A stretch of 64,000 nucleotides of DNA from an uncultured Gemmatimonadales bacterium (GCA_963725205.1 CAVRXR010000002.1:700615-764614), one strand, 5' to 3'. Positions 39,381 to 48,962 are shown, counted from the stretch's first letter. Notes: generated from the sequence alone by a model not told the origin. A program made the numbers and translations.

Positions 39381-41305
39381 TAGCCGCCGCCCGGCCGCAA
39401 CGGGACGAGCCCTCTGTGGCTCGGCGTCAACGGCGCTGGGAAATAGACGATAGTGTAGAAGTAGTTCCCGACCACATCCGTGCCCTCAAAGCCATTTCCG
39501 AACGAGAAGCTCCACTCAAATCCGCTCGCGGGCCCCTTAGCCTGGCAAGCGGATTGGGCGGTTTCCCCTGTGCACGCCCAGTAGAGATACGGCTGAATGT
39601 CGTGGAAGGGACCGACTTTGACGTCGGGATAAGAGACGACGGGCTCCCCTGCGAGGAGCCCCAATTGCCTGTAGTACAAATGTCCCATCGGACTAGCCGT
39701 GCAGTCGAAGCCGAAGCTGGTCGCCCCTTGCATGCTACAGGATGGATCAGACGGCCCTGTTTCAGGCAGGTCCCACTGCGCCACTCCGAGGTATCCATGG
39801 CCGTGATCGGCTTTGTTCATGGCGTCGACCCACAGGAGCGCCGTGGTGTGCTCCATCGAACCGTCCGCATTGATGCCTGCGACGCCGAACGTTTGCTCGG
39901 CCGCCAGATTGGCGTTCGCGAGCCAGGTGACTTGCGATCCGGGGTCGTAGACAGTCTGTCCGTCGGGGCTGATCTGCAATCCTCCGCTGCCACCAAGGGG
40001 CGTCGTGCCTGGCAGCTTGCCTTTGAACATCGGCAGCACGTAGAGGTGATTTCGACTTACGTTGGATCCCTGGAATCCCGTATTGAACGAAAAGGTCTTG
40101 AATCCCTGCGCCGCCTTGGGCGCCGCAGACTTAGACCAGTATAAGTAGGGTTGGAAGTTGCTGAATGGACCGGCCGTAGGTGTCGGCCCAGGTCCGCACC
40201 TCTCCGAAGGTGGCCGCTGAGACGGTGGCATTGGCACGCATTTGTATGGAATTGGAACGGCGTCGTTCGGTTCCTGAATGCCCAACGTATTGTAGTACAG
40301 CGATCCGAGCGAACTGCCTGAACAGTGATACCCGAAGGATTCGCCTTGGAGCCCGGTGCGGTCGCAGTGGGAATCCTTGTTCGGCGTTGTTGGGAGTTGC
40401 CAATTGTGGTGACCCAGGTACCCGCCGCCTTTGTTGAACGCGTTCAGCGCGAGAACCCAGCGGACCGCCGTCGCGTAGTCCATCGAACCGCTCTTATTGA
40501 TGCCCGACACTCCAAAGGTCTCCTTGGCGGCCAGATTGCCATCCGACAGCCACGAAACATTCAGACGGCTATCGTAGACAATTTGGCCGTCGGCGGCGGG
40601 CGGAAATGGGGGGGCTTCACCCGAAGTGGCCTGCGGATTCTCGAGGCCGCCGTCGAGTACCGTGGCCGCGCTGGCTTTCGGTGCCTTGGCGCTGACGGTC
40701 GGTGTCGCCTGGGCAGCTGCCGAGATCGGCCTTTGCCCAAAACGCGGATTCCTCGCTTTGCAGGCGGCCACGACGTCCGGAGCTACCTGCGGCAATGGCC
40801 GGGCCGCGACCGCCGGCTGAGCTGTCCCTTGCATGATGGGGATAACGCAGTGCAGCTGCAGCCCGCTCCCAGTGCTGACGCCGCCCTGGGTGAAGCCCGC
40901 ACTCTGACAGGCCGCGGTGATTTGAGCGCATGGCCCCTGCTGCGCGGTCAACGGGATCGCGGAAGGCGAGACCGGAGTCGCGGATGGAGGCGCCGCCCCG
41001 GCCGGCGCTGGCTGGATGTCCGCTGCCAATGTCGACACCTTGAGTTGCCCAAAATCCGGACGGCGCGCTTTGCACGCCGCCACCAGCTGCGGATCGACCT
41101 GGGGCAACAGCCGCGTCGCGCCAGCCGGCTGGGCGATCCCCTGCATGATCGGAATGACGCAGCCCTTCTGCAGTCCGGTGCCGGTGCTGGCGCCGCCCTG
41201 TGTGAAGCCCGCGCTCGTACAAGCCGCGGTGATTTGAGCGCACGGCGCCTGCTGCGCTGTCAAGGGGACTGCCCACCCAATGACGAGCACGCGGAGGGTG
41301 GCCAT
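39380..41305 (-). CDS. Secreted protein: 2 x four-Cys domain plus 2 x DUF1566/Lcl-C-like domain
   Basis: Signal peptide MATLRVLVIGWAVPLTAQQ. Internal duplications are seen at protein and DNA level. Confidence 0.85.
   Translation of the reverse strand: MATLRVLVIGWAVPLTAQQAPCAQITAACTSAGFTQGGASTGTGLQKGCVIPIMQGIAQPAGATRLLPQVDPQLVAACKARRPDFGQLKVSTLAADIQPAPAGAAPPSATPVSPSAIPLTAQQGPCAQITAACQSAGFTQGGVSTGSGLQLHCVIPIMQGTAQPAVAARPLPQVAPDVVAACKARNPRFGQRPISAAAQATPTVSAKAPKASAATVLDGGLENPQATSGEAPPFPPAADGQIVYDSRLNVSWLSDGNLAAKETFGVSGINKSGSMDYATAVRWVLALNAFNKGGGYLGHHNWQLPTTPNKDSHCDRTGLQGESFGYHCSGSSLGSLYYNTLGIQEPNDAVPIPYKCVPMPPSQRPPSERCGPGPTPTAGPFSNFQPYLYWSKSAAPKAAQGFKTFSFNTGFQGSNVSRNHLYVLPMFKGKLPGTTPLGGSGGLQISPDGQTVYDPGSQVTWLANANLAAEQTFGVAGINADGSMEHTTALLWVDAMNKADHGHGYLGVAQWDLPETGPSDPSCSMQGATSFGFDCTASPMGHLYYRQLGLLAGEPVVSYPDVKVGPFHDIQPYLYWACTGETAQSACQAKGPASGFEWSFSFGNGFEGTDVVGNYFYTIVYFPAPLTPSHRGLVPLRPGGG
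39437..40591. repeat. Intragenic duplication B (two units of about 180-190 codons)
   Basis: DGQ.VYD....V.WL...NLAA..TFGV.GIN..GSM...TA..WV.A.N......GYLG...W.LP...FQPYLYW...F.FS occurs twice. Confidence 0.8.
40733..41263. repeat. Intragenic duplication A (two units of about 73 codons, each with 4 Cys)
   Basis: LTAQQ(A/G)PCAQITAAC.SAGFTQGG.STG.GLQ..CVIPIMQG.AQPA...LPQV.P..VAACKAR.P.FGQ occurs twice. Confidence 0.85.
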
Positions 41306-41685
41306 GGAAATCGGTAGTGGGCGCATCGTCAGTGCTCCGGATTTGACAGACGTCGGCGCCAATGTTGTCGTTCAACAACTACGCCGCCTCGTGCTCGGCG
41401 TCCAATACTTTGTCTCGAGACGCTCGATAGTGTGCGCCTATGGGCTTACTTCTAGCACCGCCCGGTCGAGGGCATCGCCGGCGCCCGAGACCGATATGAC
41501 CCGTCAGGACGATAGTGCACCTGCCCAACACCGAGCTTGCGGGCCGACGAAAGACGTGAGGACTACCGAAGAACTCAACGAGCGATGTACGGCAGCGGCC
41601 TACTGAGGGCTGCCAGCGGCATCGACGGTTCTAACCCGGCTACACCGCGCCGGGTTAGTATGCCACACCCCTCCAAACCGTCCTT

Positions 41686-42318
41686 TTGCGTTCCATCAGC
41701 GTCCGTCGGCGATCCGCACCCGCATTTGAGTGGCGCCTGCAACGCCTGCGAGTAACTTCGACCGGATGTTCGGCTCGAACTTCCTTGGACGTTTGTCGTC
41801 TGTCGTCCACCGTGCAATCGCCTGAATCACTTCGGCTTAAGGAAGCCCGACACGCGAACCGCGTGCTGCTGGGCTTCGGTTTCTCATTAGCGATCGGGCT
41901 CTGGCGGTCCAGAGGCGTGCCCCTAACCGTCGCCAACGGCCTGTTGGTGGGTGTTCCGGTGGTGGTAGGTCTTGTCTGGACTCTCCTAGCACTGACAGTC
42001 TTTCTCCGCCGCCCGCGCCACGTTTCCCAACCAATGATCGCGATTGACCGGGTCACCCGCGCACGCCCGCGTGGCCGCGGCGAGCGGGCGTTAGCGATCG
42101 CGCTCTCCGTCATCATAGGGCTCTTCGTTGCCTTCGCGTTCTTCCTCATCGGGTACGAGGGCGTCGTGGTGGGATTGCGAGCAATTGCGAAGGCGCAGTG
42201 GTACACTGGTGGCGTATCGCTCCTATTTGTGGCGATTGGAGTCAGCATACTTGTGTATGCACGGATTCAATGGGACATGCTGAAGGGCTTACTGAACGTA
42301 CTAAAGGGTATGAAGTGA
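41686..42318 (+). CDS. Possible multi-pass membrane protein (true start probably internal)
   Basis: Four hydrophobic helices from about residue 60. The opposite-strand ORF is Arg/Thr-rich and unlike a protein. Confidence 0.45.
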   Translation: MRSISVRRRSAPAFEWRLQRLRVTSTGCSARTSLDVCRLSSTVQSPESLRLKEARHANRVLLGFGFSLAIGLWRSRGVPLTVANGLLVGVPVVVGLVWTLLALTVFLRRPRHVSQPMIAIDRVTRARPRGRGERALAIALSVIIGLFVAFAFFLIGYEGVVVGLRAIAKAQWYTGGVSLLFVAIGVSILVYARIQWDMLKGLLNVLKGMK

Positions 42319-42658
42319 TCAGCTTCAATTCCCTTGTCGGTGCGCAGACTGGCAGTCCCTCGAGGCTACAGACCAGCGTGGTGCGGTCGGCGCTAATGGT
42401 GTCAGCGGTGTTGATGCTGCTGTTTGTGCTTTCTCTGCCATTCCCGCCGGGGCGCGCACATACGTGGGTCTGGGTATGGGAATTCTGATGGTGCGCTGCT
42501 TCGTCGGGTGCTCTGTCGGCTCGCGTGACTGTGGTCGGTGTGTCGATTCAGTCGCCGTCACCGGCTATCGTCGGCCCAGGCGAGTCACCTGTTGGCGGTC
42601 GCCCTGTGTACGCAATCGCGACGAGCAGAAACAGTGGGCCGCGCGGTCGGTTTCGCTC

Positions 42659-45145
42659 TCACTCGGCGCGCATGGCGATGATGGGATCCACCCGTGCCGC
42701 CCGACGAGCTGGCAGCCAGGACGCGATTGCGCCGACGGTCGCGAACACGACGCACACGAGCGCAAGCGTTGGCGGATCCAGTGGCGCGATGCCGAAGAGG
42801 AGACCACGGATCGTGCGGGTGAGGAACAACGCACCCAGCATGCCCGCAGCCAGGCCCGGGAGGATGAGTATCGCGCCACGCCCGAGCACAAGATTCGCGA
42901 CATCGTGCGAGCCCGCCCCCAGCGCAATGCGAATCCCGAAGTCCCGCGTCTGCTGGCTCACGGCGTAGGAGACCACTCCGTACACGCCGAGCGTGGCGAG
43001 CAGCAGCGCGATGGCCGCAAATGCTGTGAGCAACAGCGTGTAGAAGCGTGACTGCGACATCGACGCGGCCACGGCTCCGGTCATCGTCCCGAGCTCATAC
43101 ATCGGCACATCGGGATCGATCGACGCGACCACCCGCCGGATCTCGTGCTCGAGCCCTGTGAGGGGGAGTGTGGAGCGAAGGACGAAGGTTGTGTTGAGCG
43201 GGAACCGCCGGTACGGGACGAACGTCGCCGGCTCGGGTGCGGTCTTGAGCGACTCGAAATTCGCATTGCGCACGACGCCGATGATCTCTCCACTGGGATG
43301 CACAGCGCTGTCAGGGTTGGAACCGCCGTGCAAAAACTCGGACGTTAGGTGCTGCCCGATCGGGTTCTGCCCGGGGAAGTAGCGGTCTGCCAGGGCTTGG
43401 TTGATCACTAGCACCCGGACCGCGTTGAGTCGGTTCTCGTCGTCGGTAAACGTGCGGCCGCGCACGAGCGTCATCCCCATGGTGCGGAAAAAGTCGGGGG
43501 AGACAGGGCAGAGCCGGGCATAGGGCTCCGTGCCGGGCGCGGGTGGCGGCGTGCCGTCGATCGTGAACGACGGCGACGAGCTGCCGTTGTCCGGATCGAA
43601 TGGGCGGTTGGCTGCTACCGCCACGCTCTGCACACCTGGCAATGCCGCGAGTCCTGCTTGCACACGGTCTGCGAACTGGATAACTGGCGGATCGTTATCG
43701 TACTTGTTGCCGCTCAGGGCAGCATCGAACACCACGAGGTGATCCGGCCTGAAGCCGGGGTCGACGTCAGTCAAGCGCTGGAAACTGCGGATCAGGAGCC
43801 CGGCGCCCACCAGCAGCACGGTCCCCAGCGCCAGCTCGGCAAAGACGAGCACGGATCGGGCGCGCTCGCTTCCAGCGGATCCACCGGTGCCCCGGCCAGA
43901 ACGGAGAATTGTTGCAACGTCCCAGCCGGACGCATGGAGCGCGGGGATGAGCCCGAAGACGGCACCTGTGCCGACAGCAAGTGTGGCGGCAAACGCGAGC
44001 ACGCGGATGTCGATGCCCACATCCTGCATGCGCGGGAGTGCGAGCGTGGCGCTCGCCGTCAGGACATGCACGACGACGACCGCGATCACCGTGCCGAGCG
44101 CTGCCCCGCCCACGGCGATGAGCATGCTCTCGGCGAGCGACTGGCCCAGGAGCTGTCGGCGTCCCGCCCCGAGCGCGGTGCGCACGGCCACTTCGCTCGT
44201 GCGGGATGCGGCGCGCACGAGCAGCAGATTGGCCACGTTCGCGCAGGCAATGAGCAGCACGAACATCACGGCTCCCAGCATGGCCCAGAGCGGCCGCTCG
44301 ACGTCGCCCACGATCCCTTGCCGGATCGGGACGGCGGCTACGCCGATGCCGGCAGCGTCTTTGGGGAATTGTTGAGCGATCCGGCTCGCGACGGTGCTGA
44401 GATCGCGCTGGGCGCTCGCGAGCGTGACGCCGTCCCGCAGCCGCGCGATCGCATGTGCAATATGATTGCCCCGGCCAATGTCGCCGATCTCCCAGTCCGT
44501 CCACACCGCGGGGTACCAGAGCTCGGCGTTGTCGGGGAACGTGAACCCAGGCAGCGCCACACCAACGACGACGTAGAGGTCCCCGTCCAGCCTGACCTGG
44601 GTGCCGATGACCCCGGGGTCGGCGGCGAAGTACCGATGCCAGGCGCCATCGGACAGGACGAGCACTCGGGTCGCCGTTCTTGCATCCTCGCCGTGCGCAA
44701 ACGTGCGTCCGAGCTGTGCGTGCGTGCCTAAAACAGAGAAGAAGTCGGCGCCCACCCGAGCCCCGTTGACGAGCAGCGGAGGGGCTTTGGGGCGGAGGAG
44801 GGTGACGGTCTGTCCACTCCGGAAGGGAACGATCCCGGTGAAGCTGTGTGTCTGGTTCTGGTAGTCGATCACATCCGGCGGCGCCATCTCCGTAAAGATT
44901 TGCCGCGCCTCGGTGGCGTGGAGATACACGAGGCGGTCCGGTCGCTCGAAGCCGAGTGGCTTGAGGAGCACCCCGTTCACGAGACTGAACGCCGCGGTGC
45001 TGGCGCCGATCGCGATCGCTAGAGTCGCGAGCGCGATCAGGGTGAACGCGGGTGTTCGAGCGAGTCGGCGCGCGGCGTAGTGCAGGATTTGGATGGCTTG
45101 TTCCATAATGGCTTGGACAGCACGAAAGGATCGGGGGGATTGCAT
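42659..45145 (-). CDS. ADOP-type duplicated FtsX/MacB-like permease, intact
   Basis: 828 aa. FTLIALATLAIAIGASTAAFSLVNGVLL, two FtsX domains, C-terminus RVDPIIAMRAE. Confidence 0.9.
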   Translation of the reverse strand: MQSPRSFRAVQAIMEQAIQILHYAARRLARTPAFTLIALATLAIAIGASTAAFSLVNGVLLKPLGFERPDRLVYLHATEARQIFTEMAPPDVIDYQNQTHSFTGIVPFRSGQTVTLLRPKAPPLLVNGARVGADFFSVLGTHAQLGRTFAHGEDARTATRVLVLSDGAWHRYFAADPGVIGTQVRLDGDLYVVVGVALPGFTFPDNAELWYPAVWTDWEIGDIGRGNHIAHAIARLRDGVTLASAQRDLSTVASRIAQQFPKDAAGIGVAAVPIRQGIVGDVERPLWAMLGAVMFVLLIACANVANLLLVRAASRTSEVAVRTALGAGRRQLLGQSLAESMLIAVGGAALGTVIAVVVVHVLTASATLALPRMQDVGIDIRVLAFAATLAVGTGAVFGLIPALHASGWDVATILRSGRGTGGSAGSERARSVLVFAELALGTVLLVGAGLLIRSFQRLTDVDPGFRPDHLVVFDAALSGNKYDNDPPVIQFADRVQAGLAALPGVQSVAVAANRPFDPDNGSSSPSFTIDGTPPPAPGTEPYARLCPVSPDFFRTMGMTLVRGRTFTDDENRLNAVRVLVINQALADRYFPGQNPIGQHLTSEFLHGGSNPDSAVHPSGEIIGVVRNANFESLKTAPEPATFVPYRRFPLNTTFVLRSTLPLTGLEHEIRRVVASIDPDVPMYELGTMTGAVAASMSQSRFYTLLLTAFAAIALLLATLGVYGVVSYAVSQQTRDFGIRIALGAGSHDVANLVLGRGAILILPGLAAGMLGALFLTRTIRGLLFGIAPLDPPTLALVCVVFATVGAIASWLPARRAARVDPIIAMRAE

Positions 45146-45665
45146 ACGAACGAGCCGTGCCCGCGGCGCGGAACTTGTTCAACCGTCCGTCCAGCACCGA
45201 CTTCCACGTTCACACCGTGGGTTCCGGCAATCTCACTCCGTCCGCTTCCGGTACACCCGATCCCAAAAACGAACATGAAAGCGCGTTGGGGCGTTCGGCC
45301 CCACGGGGTCACACGTTCCGCCAATGGCGCTTTGCCGCACGCTACAGGGTTCGGTCGCAGGACTGATATTCGTCCGACCGCTTCCGAATGACACGGCGCT
45401 CGATCTATGTCGGTATCACATCGGCCGGCTCGACTCCAAGGCAGTGCCGCAATTGCGACATGCCGTGGAAGACATCCTAGACTCGTGGCGCGCCGACGCC
45501 GACGCAACGCCTGATGAAAGCGACTCAACACTGGCGAACGACGACCGGAGGCACGATGACGACTGACACGATGTTCTTCTTGGCTCCTCATGCGACGTGG
45601 GCGATCTATGAATAGCGATAGACCATTCGAGCCGACCGACTACGCGGCCGCGGCGGCGCCACAGA

Positions 45666-46019
45666 ATGTCAGCGGCGACACGCGCTCCCGCGTCCCGTCA
45701 GTGGCTTTGGGCGCTGGGCGTAGTCGTTCTTGTCATCGTGGCCGCGATCGCCTCCTACCAGCGATCGGAGGCAAACCGAAAACAGCAGACCGCCGCGCGG
45801 CGGCGACGGGCTCGCGCGATGCGAGCCGACAAGGCAGACGACGAGGAGCCCGACCCACCGGCCAGCGACGTCGCGCCGAGCCAATGCCAATGGTGCGGCT
45901 CGGCGCTTCCGAGCACCAACCGCCGCCGCCGCTATTGCGACGACGCGCGCCGGATGCGCTTCAACCGGCAACGGGACCAGGAACGTTCACACGAAACTGC
46001 CGAACTTCTTTCCGGATAA
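45666..46019 (+). CDS. Small membrane-anchored protein with a C-terminal CxxC motif
   Basis: TM helix WLWALGVVVLVIVAAIASY, a basic linker, and CQWCGSALP...RRRYCDD. Confidence 0.4.
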   Translation: MSAATRAPASRQWLWALGVVVLVIVAAIASYQRSEANRKQQTAARRRRARAMRADKADDEEPDPPASDVAPSQCQWCGSALPSTNRRRRYCDDARRMRFNRQRDQERSHETAELLSG

Positions 46020-46023
46020 GCCG

Positions 46024-46638
46024 TCAGGCGCGCCGCAGCTGGAGCACCAGGTCGGCCGCTTCCTCAGCATCTTTGAGGAGCGTCTTGCGTGGCAGACCTA
46101 GCTGCGCACGCATGGTCAGCCCACGCGCTAAATCCGTTATTTGTGTTGCGCGCGCGGCTGCGGGAAAGTCGGATGGGATTTCTCCCGCGCTGATCCCGTC
46201 CTGGAAACGGCGCTCCAACAGCGCGGCAGCGCGTGCGACCGCGCTCTGCAGGAACCGCCGAACCTCGGCGTCGTTCACAAGCGGCGCGACGCACATCATC
46301 AGGCAGCCCCGGGCAGACCCTTTCTCGGTCGCACTTTCGACCGTGTACCTCAGAAAGCTCACGATCGAGTCGCGGAGCGTCTGTGGCGCGAGGAGTGCCT
46401 TCGCGGCTGCTGCTCCCTTCCGTTCTGCGTACGCCTTAAGGACGCGCAGGAATATCGCCCGCTTGTCTCCAAAGACGGCATACAGGCTCGGCCGTCCGAC
46501 GCCCATCCCTTCGACGAGATCGTCAATGGTCACGCCGTCGTAGCCTTTCGACCAAAACACCTGAGTCGCTTTTCCCAGCGCCCCCGCCTCATCGAAGCTG
46601 CGCGGTCGGCCCCGCGGCCTAGCGGTATTTTGAATCAT
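46024..46638 (-). CDS. TetR/AcrR family transcriptional regulator
   Basis: Starts at MIQNTARPRGRPR. KATQVFWSKGYDGVTIDDLVEGMGVGRPSLYAVFGDK. Confidence 0.9.
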   Translation of the reverse strand: MIQNTARPRGRPRSFDEAGALGKATQVFWSKGYDGVTIDDLVEGMGVGRPSLYAVFGDKRAIFLRVLKAYAERKGAAAAKALLAPQTLRDSIVSFLRYTVESATEKGSARGCLMMCVAPLVNDAEVRRFLQSAVARAAALLERRFQDGISAGEIPSDFPAAARATQITDLARGLTMRAQLGLPRKTLLKDAEEAADLVLQLRRA

Positions 46639-46653
46639 TTGGTTCACAACTCG

Positions 46654-46691
46654 TTGACAAAGGTTCTGCCCAAATATATAACTGAACAGTT
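46654..46691 (+). promoter_or_regulatory. Candidate promoter (TTGACA-17-TATAAC) with an overlapping inverted repeat AACTGAACAGTT
   Basis: Read directly: -35 at 46654-46659, -10 at 46677-46682, IR at 46680-46691. Located in the divergent TetR/SDR intergenic region. Confidence 0.5.
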
Positions 46692-46756
46692 CTAAATTAA
46701 CAAGCCGGCCTCGCAGGGCCTTACAACAAGACTCACCCTTCACCACGGTGCTGCCC

Positions 46757-47788
46757 ATGGAACATTCGATTGCTCTCGTCACCGGCGCCACTTCCGGGCT
46801 CGGTCAGGCGGCCGCCCGACTTCTTGCCGAAGAGGGCTGCCGCGAGATCATCGTCACCGGGCGCAGCCTCACCGGGGCCCAGCAAGCGGCGGCTCAACTC
46901 GCGGCTGAGAAGAAAACAGTGATCTTCACGCCGCTGGCGGTGGATCTGGACAAGCCGTCCAGCGTTCAATCAGCCGTTGCCGAGCTCGTCAAACGAGGCC
47001 AGCCGATTGATTTCCTGCTGCTCAATGCAGGGTTGGTTCCCTTTAAGAAACGCGCAGTCACCGCGGCGGGGATCGAGTCTTCTCAGGCCCCGCTAATCGG
47101 GCATCATCAACTAACTGTTGGGTTGCTCAATGCCAACTTGCTGAGCCCCAACGCGCGGATCGCTATCGCAGGTGCGGAACCTGCCCGCGGCGGCGTACCC
47201 ATGTTCAAATTCACCGACCTGCCAGCCTTCGCGGCCAAACGGTTCCAGGGCAATCGAACCGCCGCTGTTGAAGCGCTGATACGCAACGGGCCGAACGTGA
47301 AGTACGTGCCCAACAATGCGTATGCCGACGCGAAGCTCGTCGTCGCTTGGTGGACCGCGGCGCTGGCCCGCCGGCTGCCGTCCGGCATGGCCGTGTACGC
47401 CGTGTCGCCCGGTGGCGCGACTGGCACCAACGTCGTGCGAAGCGCTGGTTGGGCGTTGAGGCACATCTTTATCCCAATTGTGAACCTCATTCCCGGCATG
47501 AATCAGACGCCGGAGACCGCGGCCGGCCGGTATATCCAGGCATCAAAGTTCGGAACCGATCGCTCGGGGCAATTCTTCGCCTCGGCCAAAGGGAAGTTCT
47601 CAGGCCCAATGGAGTTGCAGCGCCAACCGCACCTCCACGATCACGCCAGCCAGGAAGCCGCGTGGCAGGCCGTCGTCAAGGTCTCCGGCGTCGATCTATC
47701 GCCCGCCAAGCCCGCGTCGCCGTCGGGTCCATATATAAAAAAACGGCCCGTAGACGCAGAAAATTCGTCGTCTTCCGCAGCAACGTGA
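46757..47788 (+). CDS. SDR-family oxidoreductase (extended C-terminus)
   Basis: ALVTGATSGLGQAAA, NAGL, and YADAKL (the YxxxK). Confidence 0.85.
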   Translation: MEHSIALVTGATSGLGQAAARLLAEEGCREIIVTGRSLTGAQQAAAQLAAEKKTVIFTPLAVDLDKPSSVQSAVAELVKRGQPIDFLLLNAGLVPFKKRAVTAAGIESSQAPLIGHHQLTVGLLNANLLSPNARIAIAGAEPARGGVPMFKFTDLPAFAAKRFQGNRTAAVEALIRNGPNVKYVPNNAYADAKLVVAWWTAALARRLPSGMAVYAVSPGGATGTNVVRSAGWALRHIFIPIVNLIPGMNQTPETAAGRYIQASKFGTDRSGQFFASAKGKFSGPMELQRQPHLHDHASQEAAWQAVVKVSGVDLSPAKPASPSGPYIKKRPVDAENSSSSAAT

Positions 47789-47921
47789 GAGCGGTGTTCT
47801 GAAAGAGAGCCCGATCGCGGCTTGATCTGATTCCGGCAACGCACATCAGCGACGCGATGGCGGAGATAGACGCTCGTCGCCGGGGTCTTACGGTATTTGA
47901 AATACCTAGTTCACAACTCTC

Positions 47922-47962
47922 TTGACCGCAGCCTCGGCGCCTGATTATCGTACTGCACAGTT
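47922..47962 (+). promoter_or_regulatory. Second copy of the promoter/operator architecture (TTGACC ... TACTGCACAGTT)
   Basis: It shares GTTCACAACTC, TTGAC and ACTG.ACAGTTC.AAAT.A.CAA with 46641-46705. Confidence 0.45.
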
Positions 47963-47998
47963 CAAAATCAGCAACACTAACACGCGAGGAAAATAGAC

Positions 47999-48745
47999 AT
48001 GGAACGGTATCAAGGTAAAAAGGCGGTGATTATCGGCGGCACGAGCGGCATGGGGCTCGCGACGGCGAAGATGCTCATCGATGGGGGCGCGCGCGTGCTG
48101 GTGACAGGCCTCTCGAAGGCCGGGCTGGATTCGGCGGAGAAGAAGATTGGCAAGCACGCCATCGTGGTTGCGAGCGACGTGCGTTCGTTGACGGACATCG
48201 ACGCCCTCGCCTCGCGGGTGAAGTCTGAATTCGGCACCTTCGACCTGCTCTCCGTCAGCGCCGGGTTCAGCATTCCAACGCCTCTCGAGAACGTGACCGC
48301 GGCCGTCTACGACGAGATGTTCAACCTGAACGCCAAGGGACCGTTTTTCGCGGTCCAGAAGCTCGCGCCGCTGATCAACCGGGGCGGCGCCGTCGTCCTC
48401 ACGACCTCCGTCGCCAACGTTAAGGGGTTGCCCGGCCAGGCCGCATATGGGGCCGCCAAGGCTGCGCTGCGATCCTTCGCTCGGACGCTCGCCACCGAGT
48501 TGCTTCCTCGCGAAATTCGCGTCAACGCGGTGACGCCCGGTCCCATCGACACGCCGATTCTCGACAAAGTGTTTGCTGATAAAGACGCGGTTGCCCAGAT
48601 CAGGGAGAAGATGGCGGGTATGATCCCGATGAAACGTTTCGGGACGTCGGAGGAAATCGCGAAGGCCGTCCTGTTCCTTGGGTTCGACGCGACCTTCACG
48701 AACGGCAACGAACTTCCGGTCGATGGCGGTTGGTCGCAACTCTGA
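47999..48745 (+). CDS. Classical SDR-family oxidoreductase
   Basis: 248 aa, AVIIGGTSGMGLA, and YGAAKAAL (the YxxxK). Confidence 0.9.
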   Translation: MERYQGKKAVIIGGTSGMGLATAKMLIDGGARVLVTGLSKAGLDSAEKKIGKHAIVVASDVRSLTDIDALASRVKSEFGTFDLLSVSAGFSIPTPLENVTAAVYDEMFNLNAKGPFFAVQKLAPLINRGGAVVLTTSVANVKGLPGQAAYGAAKAALRSFARTLATELLPREIRVNAVTPGPIDTPILDKVFADKDAVAQIREKMAGMIPMKRFGTSEEIAKAVLFLGFDATFTNGNELPVDGGWSQL

Positions 48746-48962
48746 AGGCAGTACGCGAAACAGAGCCGGGAACGCTGCCAGCTCTCTCCTTCCGGCCGCG
48801 ATAGAGCAGCGTCCCTGTCGCTGCGCCTGGCTTGCGTCCTGGCCGGCGCGAGTGTGCGGCGCGAGTTAGTCGACGATCGATCGCCAAGTCGGCGCGCCTT
48901 CAGATTTGTGATACAGCGACCGGGAGGTCGGGCTTTTCGCGAGGGTCGGTCTACTAACCCAC

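Noticed and set aside
39149-41317. Plus-strand ORFs 39149..40144 (beyond about 39380) and 40325..41317
   Set aside because: They lie antisense to the 39380..41305 secreted-protein gene. Only the first approximately 75 codons of 39149..40144 look protein-like, and those are treated as part of the 38848 gene model.
42316-42488. 57-codon ORF coupled by a GTGA overlap to the end of 41686..42318
   Set aside because: It has one hydrophobic helix only, no RBS or conservation evidence is available, and it is too short to support.
43658-45197. ORFs 43658..44731 (+) and 43767..45197 (-), 357 and 476 aa
   Set aside because: They are alternative frames of the intact 828-aa ADOP permease gene and have Arg/His/Gly-rich, non-membrane composition.
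48915-48945. Weak hairpin CGACC-GGGA-GGUCG followed by GGCUUUUCG, as a terminator for the second SDR gene
   Set aside because: The stem is only 5 bp, the U-tract is short and interrupted, and it lies 170 nt past the stop codon.
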